Shown piece by piece: positions 11,772-20,625 of a stretch of 64,000 nt of DNA. Numbering within the stretch: the first letter of the stretch is position 1; every line of letters begins with the position of its first letter. A program made the position numbers and the translations under genes. The notes beneath the pieces were generated by a model that had not been told where the DNA came from, made no database searches, and was given only the letters and a program-made list of their open reading frames with translations. Source of the stretch: Obrimoposthia wandeli (taxonomy: Eukaryota). The stretch lies in NCBI GenBank assembly GCA_977020255.1, contig CDROCS010000410.1:434001-498000 (forward strand), read 5' to 3'.

Positions 11772-11795
11772 CTAAGCCTAAGTCTAAGTCTAAGT
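11772..11795. repeat. (CTAAGY)x4 tandem repeat inside a GTCCGAC/GTTGGAC stem
   Basis: Direct reading of 11761-11800. Confidence 0.8.
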
Positions 11796-11867
11796 TGGAC
11801 AGAAGTGTTACCTGCTTTTATTGATTCGATTATTAACAAAGCTTACTCTACAAGTTATTTTTACAGC

Positions 11868-11905
11868 GGCGACGTGTTATATAGGCTCTCGTATAACACG
11901 CTGCC
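11868..11905. terminator. Hairpin between convergent rarD and GFA genes
   Basis: CGTGTTATA (11873-11881) / TATAACACG (11892-11900). Confidence 0.55.
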
Positions 11906-11919
11906 AAACTCCAACTTAA

Positions 11920-12342
11920 TTACATTTGAGCTTCAAAATAAGCCATTATTTCAGCTGTAGTCATTTCTTTTGTTTCATTTGAAAAACAGTAATAACTAGG
12001 ACGCATGTCACTAAAATACTGCATATCCATTTCCAGCCCTTTCAGGTTTGGAAACAGACCTACTGGCATATTATATTCACCTGTTGCTTTAAATTTATAA
12101 AATAGATGTGTTCCGCATTCAGTACAAAAACCACGAGATGCCCAAGATGATGACTCGTACATCTTAACTTTATCTTCACCTTCAATTTTCACTTTAGTAC
12201 CGCATTTCACTGCAAAAAATGGAGCCCCGCCCCAAGTTCTACATGATTGGCAATGGCACACGGTAAACTTAGGATCCACTTCTTCTGCAATAATGCTCAC
12301 AGCACCACAAAGGCAATTTGTTTCTGAGTTAGTCATTTTCAT
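11920..12342 (-). CDS. GFA family (CENP-V-like) Zn-binding protein
   Basis: CLCGAV, CHCQSCR, YESSSWASRGFCTECGTHL motifs. Confidence 0.9.
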   Translation of the reverse strand: MKMTNSETNCLCGAVSIIAEEVDPKFTVCHCQSCRTWGGAPFFAVKCGTKVKIEGEDKVKMYESSSWASRGFCTECGTHLFYKFKATGEYNMPVGLFPNLKGLEMDMQYFSDMRPSYYCFSNETKEMTTAEIMAYFEAQM

Positions 12343-12448
12343 AACACCTTAATTTATATAAATATATAAAAGTCTATTTCCTTTAATACAGTGAAGCGTT
12401 AAACAATTAAGCAAAGTACTAAACTGATTTATCTATAATAAACATATA

Positions 12449-12464
12449 CTGTATATAAATACAG
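12449..12464. promoter_or_regulatory. LexA (SOS) box
   Basis: CTGTATATAAATACAG matches CTGT-N8-ACAG with AT-rich core. Confidence 0.75.
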
Positions 12465-12544
12465 CTTAATTTGTGAGGGACCATAAAAATGATAACGCGC
12501 ATAACGATGTTCTAATTTTAACACTCTAAGTGTATTCTGCTATC

Positions 12545-12835
12545 TCAAACGCCCTCAAGTACCTCATGATTTTCGATATTTGGCGCTTGAGTCAGAAAGC
12601 TAAGTAAGATGGCAAAGTCGCCTTTTTCTTCTCTCCAGTTTAGATATTCACCTAAATTTTCTTCACGTTCCCAATGCGCTGTGATCATGAATTCATGTTC
12701 AGACAATCTCGACAATTCAGTATTTTGATTCCCTGTACAGTTTCTAGTTTCAGGTAATATTCGTTTAAAGAATGATACTAACGCGTCTGATTGACCTTCT
12801 TTTGCTTGAAACTTAAATATGGTGATGTAACTCAT
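12545..12835 (-). CDS. Antibiotic biosynthesis monooxygenase (ABM) domain protein
   Basis: 96 aa; F-x-AKEG, ETRNCTGN, W-ERE...YLNWR pattern typical of ABM/YgiN-like proteins. Confidence 0.75.
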   Translation of the reverse strand: MSYITIFKFQAKEGQSDALVSFFKRILPETRNCTGNQNTELSRLSEHEFMITAHWEREENLGEYLNWREEKGDFAILLSFLTQAPNIENHEVLEGV

Positions 12836-12941
12836 GATAATTGTCCTATCGTGGGAACTATATTTTTAATGGGACAAAGAGTATTTCTCTTCTTTAAATC
12901 CCATTTTCAATGTATTTAAAATAATGTATTTAAAAATATGA

Positions 12942-13505
12942 TTAACGTATTATTTCTAATAACTTATCAGTACTATCAACATTACAATAACCAAAGCTTA
13001 ATGCTGCCATAAAGGCATTATGTACTTGCTTGGCTGGTACGATAACGCCGTTGAATTCTAGATCTAAAGTAGCGCATGCATCGTGAGCTACATGGCAGTC
13101 GTAACCAAAATCAACTGCAGCGCGGGTAGCGGCATCTATACACATATGGCTCATTGCTCCTACAATGATGAGTTTGTCGACGGCTAGTTCATCTAAGACA
13201 TTTTTTAGATCCGTATCGCGAAAACTGTTGATTTGATGCTTCAAAATAACAGGTTCATCATTTTGCGGTGCAACGCTAATGTGTATTTGAGCGCCTTCTG
13301 ATTCAGGTAAAAAGAAAGGTGCTTCATTTGTTGGGAATTCATGACGAATGTGTATTACCGGTAAGCCTTGCAAACGAAACTCTGCGAGTAAAGTTGCGGC
13401 ATTGTCAGCGGCTTTTTCGGTATCAGAAAGAGCCCATTTTGCACCGTTAAATGTTGAATAATAGTCGTTTTGAAAGTCGATTAATAACAAAGCTGTTTTA
13501 GACAT
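12942..13505 (-). CDS. Isochorismatase-family cysteine hydrolase
   Basis: Start MSKTALLLIDFQNDY at 13505; KHQINSF, GAMSHMCIDAATR, HDACAT. Confidence 0.92.
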   Translation of the reverse strand: MSKTALLLIDFQNDYYSTFNGAKWALSDTEKAADNAATLLAEFRLQGLPVIHIRHEFPTNEAPFFLPESEGAQIHISVAPQNDEPVILKHQINSFRDTDLKNVLDELAVDKLIIVGAMSHMCIDAATRAAVDFGYDCHVAHDACATLDLEFNGVIVPAKQVHNAFMAALSFGYCNVDSTDKLLEIIR

Positions 13506-13598
13506 AATAAGTTCTCTTGTGTTGTTGGATATGTTGTTGAATATGTTGTTTGAATGTTTTGTTGAGGCTATTATGCAACATGCTCCGTAATCATACCC

Positions 13599-14552
13599 AT
13601 GGCGAAACTGACACAAATGAGTGTAAAAGTGACAAAATTTGTTAATGTACTTATTATCGACTATCCCAATTCATCACAAAGTGCTGTTCATGGCCTAAAT
13701 GAGCTACTTTTAATGGCGAATACGATTGTCAGCGAGCATCAACTAGATATACGTTTTGCTGTCAATATCGCTCAGCCAACTGATGTATTACGCACACTTG
13801 ATCCTGTTGATATTGTCATTTTACCGCCATCATTGGGAGGGGATTATTACAGGTCACCACAACCTTTGTTATCAAGCTTCTTGATTGATGCTCATCGGGC
13901 TGGCGCTATTTTATGTTCCGCTTGCGCTGGCGCATTTCTACTAGCGAACACGGGACTGTTAAACAATCGTCAAGCAACAACCCACTGGCAACTCGCCGAT
14001 ACTTTTGTCGAGAAGTTTCCTGATATTTCCTTAAAAATAGATAGTCTATTGATTAATGATGGCGATTTAATCTGCGTTGGCGGGTTAATGTCGTGGATTG
14101 ATTTGGGGTTGGAAATAGTAATGCAGTTCACTAGCCTTCATATAATGCGTGCACTTGGAAAGTATTTGATTATTGATACCGGTAAACGAGAACAGCGTTA
14201 TTACAGTAGCTTCAAACCTAAATTTAACCACGGTAATCAACAAATCATTCATGTTCAACAGCATATTCAAACCCACTATAATCAGCCTTTATGCATTACA
14301 AGTTTGGCGGCCTTAATTCACATGAGCGAACGCACTTTTTTACGCCATTTTACCAATGCGACAATGCTAAAACCTGTGCAATATATTCAACGAGTAAGAG
14401 TACAGAAAGCCTGTGATTTATTAGAAAGTACGACTCAAAGCTTTGAGGAAATAGCGTTAAGCGTGGGCTATGGTGATGCTAATAGTTTTAGAAAAGTGTT
14501 TATTAAAGTCATAGGACTGAGCCCAACGGAATTTAAAGCTCGATTTGTTTAG
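13599..14552 (+). CDS. GlxA-family AraC regulator with DJ-1/PfpI-like domain
   Basis: SACAGAFLLANTGLL, ATTHW, MSERTFLRHF, VGYGDANSFRKVF; divergent from the hydrolase. Confidence 0.9.
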   Translation: MAKLTQMSVKVTKFVNVLIIDYPNSSQSAVHGLNELLLMANTIVSEHQLDIRFAVNIAQPTDVLRTLDPVDIVILPPSLGGDYYRSPQPLLSSFLIDAHRAGAILCSACAGAFLLANTGLLNNRQATTHWQLADTFVEKFPDISLKIDSLLINDGDLICVGGLMSWIDLGLEIVMQFTSLHIMRALGKYLIIDTGKREQRYYSSFKPKFNHGNQQIIHVQQHIQTHYNQPLCITSLAALIHMSERTFLRHFTNATMLKPVQYIQRVRVQKACDLLESTTQSFEEIALSVGYGDANSFRKVFIKVIGLSPTEFKARFV

Positions 14553-14633
14553 TTGGACTGACGGTGTACATTAACTATAGTGGTTTATTGAATGCCCCCT
14601 CCTAATTACTGAATCGCGGTGCCAATCATATTT

Positions 14634-14684
14634 AGCTTTGGTTCGTCTCATCGAATGCGTGCCATATAAGTTATCACCTAGTCC
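14634..14684 (-). pseudogene. Fossil fragment of a tyrosine recombinase/integrase
   Basis: Minus-strand frame reads GLGDNLYGTHSMRRTKA, the H-x-x-R box; flanking sequence no longer matches. Confidence 0.65.
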
Positions 14685-15109
14685 CCTGTCATGATGATTA
14701 TAGAATGACACAGGGACGGATCTTGGAAATGGACAGAATGGGTAGAGATTAAACTCAACAAACTAGGTTCGCATTACAAGATCTAATAAATTAAATTCAT
14801 CTATGCTGAATATTAAAGACTCATAATTATTTTTTATTACTATATTAAGGTTATTTTAATAACTACAAACTGTTAAATATATGTAAAATACGCTTGTTTT
14901 CACTCTCTTTAGAATATGGATTCTAATTTAAATGCAATTAAAGTGAATGATTATTTATTAAGCAAATGATTACGTTTAATACATTATAAAAACTAATGCA
15001 TTGTGGTATTTTTTGTCATTATTACATGGTTATTTAATACGCTATTATGCTCACCAGATAGACATCACCCAGTTAAAACATAAATTATTAAATTCAGGTA
15101 GAGGCTAAT

Positions 15110-15304
15110 ATGGCACACGCAGCGCACATCAATATGATCCCACAAGATTTGGCTTTAGATAAAAAAGCTTATGCTGTTTCTATCAAAGGACTGATTAAAC
15201 ATACGAAAGACATTTTATTTAGTGATAAAAAAGAAACATCACCAGATATTCAATTAAGTGGATTATCACCGCATATCCTACGTGATATAGGCATGATGCG
15301 ATAA
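15110..15304 (+). CDS. Small DUF1127 (YjiS-like) protein
   Basis: GAGG RBS upstream; C-terminal LSGLSPHILRDIGM; terminator immediately after. Confidence 0.75.
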   Translation: MAHAAHINMIPQDLALDKKAYAVSIKGLIKHTKDILFSDKKETSPDIQLSGLSPHILRDIGMMR

Positions 15305-15319
15305 TTGACATCCAACTTT

Positions 15320-15345
15320 AAAACGCCAGCATTTGCTGGCGTTTT
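15320..15345. terminator. Bidirectional intrinsic terminator
   Basis: AAAACGCCAGC-ATTT-GCTGGCGTTTT. Confidence 0.85.
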
Positions 15346-15455
15346 TGTTTCTAATAAATACTCACTACCAAAGAGTAGATTTTTATCTATTGCCGTATCG
15401 ACAAAATAATATATTGCGATAATAAAGGTCATTCACTATTTATGTGGACCTTGGT

Positions 15456-16538
15456 TTAATCTACTACTGATTTATCTTTATCTCTGGTTTCATTATCTAG
15501 CCAAACGGTGAACAACTGGTACGTTAAACTCAATATCACTGCACCGACAAATAAACCGATGATACCTGACATTACCATACCGCCAAGCGCACCCAATAAA
15601 ATAACCAATACAGGCGTATCTGAACCACGACCTAATAACATAGGTTTAAGCACCGCGTCACTTGCACTTACCACAACACACCATATTAAAAATATAACGG
15701 CTGTTGTTGTAGTGTCTACTGTGAATGCATAAATGATAGCTGGCAGTAATGCTAGGATTGGCGGAAGCTGAATGATCGCCACGATCAATAACAATAACAT
15801 CCATATAGCAACACCCGGGATACCTGCAATTGCTATACCTACCCCTGCCATAATTGATTGAATAACAGCTACACCGATAACGCCTTGTACAACTCCCCTC
15901 ACCGTTATTTTAGATATGCTTGTTAACTGTTTACCTTGTTCGTCACCTGTTAAACGACTTGCGACAAGTACGAAAGCTCGCTCACATTTATCAGCATTCA
16001 TCATGAATCCACCCGCGATGACCGTTGAGATGATAAATTGAATAAAACTGCCCCCAAGACTGCCGAGTAATGAGGCTATTTTAGTTATTGTACTTTTCAC
16101 TTCGTCACTGTAATTGATTAACATGCTTTCTAAGTTTGATGATGCTTGTAGCGCAAAAGCATATACTTTGTCACCAATGAGAGGCCAATCTTTGATACTG
16201 ACATTTGGTGTTGGGAGTACTATCGTTCCAGCTTGAACACCTGAAACTAATGCTGAACCGCCTGTATATAATCCTGTTGAGAGTGCAATGAGGGGGATGA
16301 ATAGTAATAATACACCGACAACCGAAAGCACTATACTTGCCTTAGACTTACTGATCCCAAACTTATTATTTGCCCAAGTCGCTATCGGGTATAATGCCGT
16401 TGCGATGATACCGCCCCAGACCACCATTAGAAAAAATGGCTGTAGGATAGAATAACACGAGTATATTAGTAGCGAGATGGCAGCTATTTTAATATATGCA
16501 TCAATTGCTTGCGTAGAAAACTTAGTGTCATTTGACAT
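15456..16538 (-). CDS. AI-2E family transporter (YdiK-like)
   Basis: Multi-TM; DAVLKPMLLGRG, LGALGGM...GIIGLFVGAVIL. Confidence 0.9.
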   Translation of the reverse strand: MSNDTKFSTQAIDAYIKIAAISLLIYSCYSILQPFFLMVVWGGIIATALYPIATWANNKFGISKSKASIVLSVVGVLLLFIPLIALSTGLYTGGSALVSGVQAGTIVLPTPNVSIKDWPLIGDKVYAFALQASSNLESMLINYSDEVKSTITKIASLLGSLGGSFIQFIISTVIAGGFMMNADKCERAFVLVASRLTGDEQGKQLTSISKITVRGVVQGVIGVAVIQSIMAGVGIAIAGIPGVAIWMLLLLIVAIIQLPPILALLPAIIYAFTVDTTTTAVIFLIWCVVVSASDAVLKPMLLGRGSDTPVLVILLGALGGMVMSGIIGLFVGAVILSLTYQLFTVWLDNETRDKDKSVVD

Positions 16539-16937
16539 GAACTGTCCTTGTTATATAAAAGTTGAGGCTGCACTTGTTATTGCTTGGATTGTCGTAATAA
16601 AGACAAATAAAAGCACTTAACTTTAACATCATCTACGAACTAACAATGTCATCCTCGATAATTGCAGTAATACAAAACGTATACCAGCTAAAAATTAAAT
16701 AATCTTACATATTAATTTAACGTTATGAATTTACTATAGGAGAGTATATTCGTTTTGGTTTTTATTTTTTTGGAAGTGTGGTTAATACACTGCTTTCAAA
16801 GCCTTAATGTAACAATTCAGAAAAGCCATCACGGGGAATCGGGAATAAATAGCTTAGCGCTAAAAGACATTCTTAACATAACAAAAAACATAAGTACTTT
16901 TTTGTCATGCTAACTAATTTTTGAATGGATAACTAAA

Positions 16938-17603
16938 CTAGCGCTTGTTTGCCATTTCGTTGAGATGAGAAAGGGTGAAGTCTGATAACCGCCTAAGTTT
17001 AAAATCAGATATTTCAAACTTGTCGTCTGTAAATTCTAACTCCGATGGTACCGCTATCGTTTTAATGTTGGCCGCTTTTGCCGCCATGATGCCTGACACT
17101 GAATCTTCAAAGGCGATACATCTTGCAGGATCTACGTTTAATTTATTCGCAGTCGACAAATATACCGCGGGATGAGGTTTTCCTTTGGTTTCATGTTCCG
17201 CAGAGGAAATAGCTTGAAAGTAGTGAGCAATATCGAGCTTATCCAGTACTACCGATATTAATTTAAACGGCGCATTCGTTGAAAGACCTATTTTAAGATT
17301 TTGATGGTGGAATAAATCTAAAATTTCTTTCACACCCGCCATCGGCTTCCCCTTTTCGGAAATCAGAAACTCCACGCGCTCAACAACTTCATTTTCGACG
17401 TCTTCTAAGCTTTTACCTGACCAAGGGAAGTGACTATACCAAAACTCAGTCACTTCTCGCGTCGTCATTGATGCTGTATAAGCCGATAGTGAATCACTCA
17501 CTTCAACGCCAACAGAAGTAAAAACGTCCTTCTCAGCTTCTTTCCACATGGGTTCTGAATCAATAAGAACGCCATCCATATCAAAAATTACAGCTTGTAT
17601 CAT
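16938..17603 (-). CDS. hxpB: HAD-family hexitol/sugar phosphatase (HxpB/YniC-like)
   Basis: VIFDMDGVLIDSEPMW, GKPHPAVY, CIAFEDS. Confidence 0.8.
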   Translation of the reverse strand: MIQAVIFDMDGVLIDSEPMWKEAEKDVFTSVGVEVSDSLSAYTASMTTREVTEFWYSHFPWSGKSLEDVENEVVERVEFLISEKGKPMAGVKEILDLFHHQNLKIGLSTNAPFKLISVVLDKLDIAHYFQAISSAEHETKGKPHPAVYLSTANKLNVDPARCIAFEDSVSGIMAAKAANIKTIAVPSELEFTDDKFEISDFKLRRLSDFTLSHLNEMANKR

Positions 17604-17642
17604 AACGATCCATTTAGAGTTTAATAGAGGGGATTTATAACG

Positions 17643-17675
17643 GAAACGCCCAAGGTTATTGGCCTTGGGCGTTTC
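17643..17675. repeat. Hairpin element, copy 2 (probable terminator)
   Basis: GAAACGCCCAAGG-TTATTGG-CCTTGGGCGTTTC. Confidence 0.65.
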
Positions 17676-17707
17676 TTCTAGCAGAGTTGGTTATGACGAA
17701 CCAAGAC

Positions 17708-18139
17708 TTATAACTTCATGTGTAAAATCGGAAATGGCTTACCCATATCATCAAGCGGTGAGCGTGATACCACGTTAAACCCCATATGCTGATAAAAACC
17801 AACAGCTAACGGATTTTGTTCGTTTACATCAACGCTATTTACGTTCAATACACCAATGGCATATTCTAGCAGCAACTTACCAACGCCTTGCCCTCTCGCT
17901 TTATCAGCGATAAACAGCATTTCAACTTTCGCACTGTGGACTCCCACAAAGCCAATAATTGCACCGTTTGCATCTTTGATACACTTCAAGGTAACCGCTG
18001 GAAAAGCCTGCTCAATGATAATAGGCTTAAAAAAAGCGATATCTTCTTCACTAATGAAGTCATGAGTTGCTCGGACTGAGTTTTCCCAAACATCTAACAT
18101 TTCAGCATAATTGTCAGGAAAAACATTTTCTACAATCAT
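17708..18139 (-). CDS. GNAT acetyltransferase (YjaB-like)
   Basis: WENSVRATHDFI, LFIADKARGQGVGKLL, VDVNEQN..AVGFY. Confidence 0.9.
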   Translation of the reverse strand: MIVENVFPDNYAEMLDVWENSVRATHDFISEEDIAFFKPIIIEQAFPAVTLKCIKDANGAIIGFVGVHSAKVEMLFIADKARGQGVGKLLLEYAIGVLNVNSVDVNEQNPLAVGFYQHMGFNVVSRSPLDDMGKPFPILHMKL

Positions 18140-18317
18140 AATTATCTCACTTAAGTTTTTTGCTTAAATACTTTCTGATTACAGCGCAACCGCGACAGCA
18201 CATCATAGCAAAAAAAGTCTCTGGAGTAGACCTAAAACGAAAGGTACCCATCAACCACGCTATTTTGTACACTATCAGTCTATTAGAATTAGTTAACCTA
18301 TTTAAATTAATGAGTCA

Positions 18318-19355
18318 GTGATGAGTATACCTACAGACGTTTTACAAGCCGTTGCTAAGGCCATGGCTGCAGAGCATGTTGTCAGCACCCAGTTAATCCA
18401 ACCATTATGGGGAGGATACGGCGAGCTGTTTCGTGCCACATTGAGCGGTAGTCAGTATACTTCAGTCATTGTTAAACACATTAAACTCCCCCAACCAAAA
18501 GTTCATCCTCGCGGTTGGAATACGTCACTCTCTCATCAACGAAAGTTAACATCATATCAAGTAGAACTGCATTGGTATCAGCATTACGCCAATAGCTGTC
18601 TACCGCAATGCCCTGTGCCTAAATGTCTGTATGTTAACGAACAAGACGATGAGATATTACTGATCATGGAAGACTTAGCGACGCTAGGATTTACACAGAC
18701 ATTCACCAGCTTTGAACCTAAATCAATTCCATATAAACAAACTTCAAATAAGCAGTCGCATGATAAAAAAATAGAATCTTGCTTGTCTTGGTTGGCTTAT
18801 TTCCATGCTCAGCACCTTGCTATTGAACCCGATGGTCTGTGGGAATGTGGCAGCTACTGGCACCTGGCGACTCGCCCTGACGAACTAACAAAACTAACCG
18901 ACATACCATTGCAGCAAGCAGCTAAGCAAATAGATAACGCATTACAGCAATGCCCGTTTCAAACCCTTATTCATGGCGATGCGAAGTTGGCTAATTTCTG
19001 CTTCACTGCAACAGGCGATCGCGTGGCGGGTGTTGATTTTCAATATGTCGGTAAAGGCTGCGGCATGAAAGATGTGATCTTGTTGTTCAGTAGCTATATA
19101 CCACATCAACAGTGCGATCAAGATGTACCTGAGCTGCTCAATTATTACTTTAGTAAATTACAACAAGCGCTATCCGAGCTACAACCAGATATCAACCCGC
19201 AAGCTGTGGAAGATGCATGGCGACCACTTTATTGCATCGCTTGGGCTGATTTCCAACGTTTCATGAAAGGCTGGAGTCCGACGCACTGGAAGATCAACAA
19301 CTACACTGAAGCGTTGACTAAGCAGGCTCTGGCACAGTTAAAACAGTACCGTTAA
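18318..19355 (+). CDS. APH/choline-kinase-like phosphotransferase (ecdysteroid kinase/DUF1679-like)
   Basis: IHGDAKLANF (Brenner motif), VDFQYVGKGCGMKD, SYQVELHWY. Confidence 0.85.
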   Translation: MMSIPTDVLQAVAKAMAAEHVVSTQLIQPLWGGYGELFRATLSGSQYTSVIVKHIKLPQPKVHPRGWNTSLSHQRKLTSYQVELHWYQHYANSCLPQCPVPKCLYVNEQDDEILLIMEDLATLGFTQTFTSFEPKSIPYKQTSNKQSHDKKIESCLSWLAYFHAQHLAIEPDGLWECGSYWHLATRPDELTKLTDIPLQQAAKQIDNALQQCPFQTLIHGDAKLANFCFTATGDRVAGVDFQYVGKGCGMKDVILLFSSYIPHQQCDQDVPELLNYYFSKLQQALSELQPDINPQAVEDAWRPLYCIAWADFQRFMKGWSPTHWKINNYTEALTKQALAQLKQYR

Positions 19356-19422
19356 AACTGCCAGTTAAAATAGTACAGTCAAAAATGCCATTAAATTAAT
19401 CCGATAAAGGTCTATCAACACA

Positions 19423-20343
19423 ATGAAACTAAGCGCTTGTCAGTTAGAACAACTATTACAACTCGCCTCCGATGCGGCATTAAAAGCAGGCGACTTCATC
19501 AATAGCGTGGATAGATCTTCACTGCAGGTACAGAGTAAACAAGCCGGTTCGAGCTTAAGCGCACAAGTCGTCACGCAAGTAGATTTGGATAGCCAAGCTA
19601 TTATATTAACGATACTAGAACCAACTATCGCACAATATGATATTGCCTTGTTGACTGAAGAAAATGCCAGCGAAGAAGATGTCGCCACTCACGCCCGTTT
19701 TCATAAAGACTATTTCTGGTGTATAGACCCACTCGATGGCACCCTGCCCTTTATTGAAGGTGGTGATGGCTTTGCCGTATCTATCGCGTTGGTGGACATT
19801 ACAGGTAAACCGATTATTGGTGTGGTTTATAACCCAAGTACCAATGATCTTTATCAGGCCATTAATGCCCAACCACTGCTATCAAGCGTAATGAAGAATG
19901 GATTACCTTGGCAGCCGGAGAAAAATAATTCGCTATTAAGCTTGTATATAGATCGCAGCTTCCAGCAAGACGCTCGTTACCCAGCAGTGCTTGAACAATT
20001 AACAACACAGGCTGTGCAACAAGGATTGAAATTACAGGTCATCAAAAATAGTGGTGCTGTCATGAATGCGATTGGCGTACTCGAAAATCCACCAGCTTGT
20101 TATGTTAAGTTACCTAAACCACAACTCGGCGGCGGTAGCTTATGGGATTTCAGTGCCACAGCCGCGATCACCGATGCACTGTCTCATCAGTATTTTACCT
20201 CATCTTCAGAAGTGTTATGCAGCGTCAGTGATTACCAAGGCGCACCTTTAGATCTTAACCGCGTGGACTCTAATTACATGAATCACAGAGGTGTGTTATA
20301 TCGCTGTGGGATGAGTGCTCGAATTTTGTCTAAGGAGATGTAA
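19423..20343 (+). CDS. Inositol monophosphatase / CysQ-family phosphatase
   Basis: LLTEE, WCIDPLDGT, SLWDFSATAA motifs. Confidence 0.88.
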   Translation: MKLSACQLEQLLQLASDAALKAGDFINSVDRSSLQVQSKQAGSSLSAQVVTQVDLDSQAIILTILEPTIAQYDIALLTEENASEEDVATHARFHKDYFWCIDPLDGTLPFIEGGDGFAVSIALVDITGKPIIGVVYNPSTNDLYQAINAQPLLSSVMKNGLPWQPEKNNSLLSLYIDRSFQQDARYPAVLEQLTTQAVQQGLKLQVIKNSGAVMNAIGVLENPPACYVKLPKPQLGGGSLWDFSATAAITDALSHQYFTSSSEVLCSVSDYQGAPLDLNRVDSNYMNHRGVLYRCGMSARILSKEM

Positions 20344-20365
20344 TGAACGTACTAGAAAAAAAGGT

Positions 20366-20400
20366 AAAAAAAGAGGAAGCTGAAGAACTTCCTCTTTCTT
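20366..20400. terminator. Bidirectional intrinsic terminator
   Basis: AAAGAGGAAG (20370-20379) / CTTCCTCTTT (20388-20397), A-tract on the left and T-rich on the right. Confidence 0.8.
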
Positions 20401-20600
20401 AATACAGGACGTGAGGATCACTGTAATATTCTTTATATGGAGAGAGGGCTCCCCATATTTTTAACACTAACTATTAATATATTAGCTAGCATCTTTTGCA
20501 TTGTCATCCAAAGGAGCATTAGCCTACTCTTCTGGATTTAAGTCTGCACGTGAGAGCTGTTTAGAATACTCTGTTACGCTTTGAGTGGTATTCTAATGAA
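20366..20600 (-). ncRNA. Candidate TorR-regulated small RNA
   Basis: Tandem tor boxes upstream, 5' hairpin, anti-SD motifs, U-tailed terminator, no long ORF; purely predicted. Confidence 0.35.
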
Positions 20601-20625
20601 ATATTAAGAATGACATTAGCGTGTA

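Noticed and set aside
11733-11960. 75-aa ORF with an LSLSLSLS stretch
   Set aside because: The low-complexity peptide comes from the CTAAGT repeat; the ORF spans terminator hairpins and overlaps the GFA gene.
13506-13616. N-terminal extension of the isochorismatase ORF
   Set aside because: It overlaps the divergent regulator start and a 12-bp tandem repeat; the family start MSKTALLLIDFQ is at 13505.
16540-16937. 400-nt spacer between the AI-2E gene and hxpB as a possible riboswitch or sRNA
   Set aside because: I found no recognisable aptamer motif, strong terminator or ORF by eye.
18140-18317. Possible c-di-GMP riboswitch or small Cys-containing ORF between the GNAT and kinase genes
   Set aside because: The GEMM consensus (GGCAAAC...GAAA...GGGACGCAAAGC) is absent and the short ORF has no RBS; most simply a divergent promoter region.
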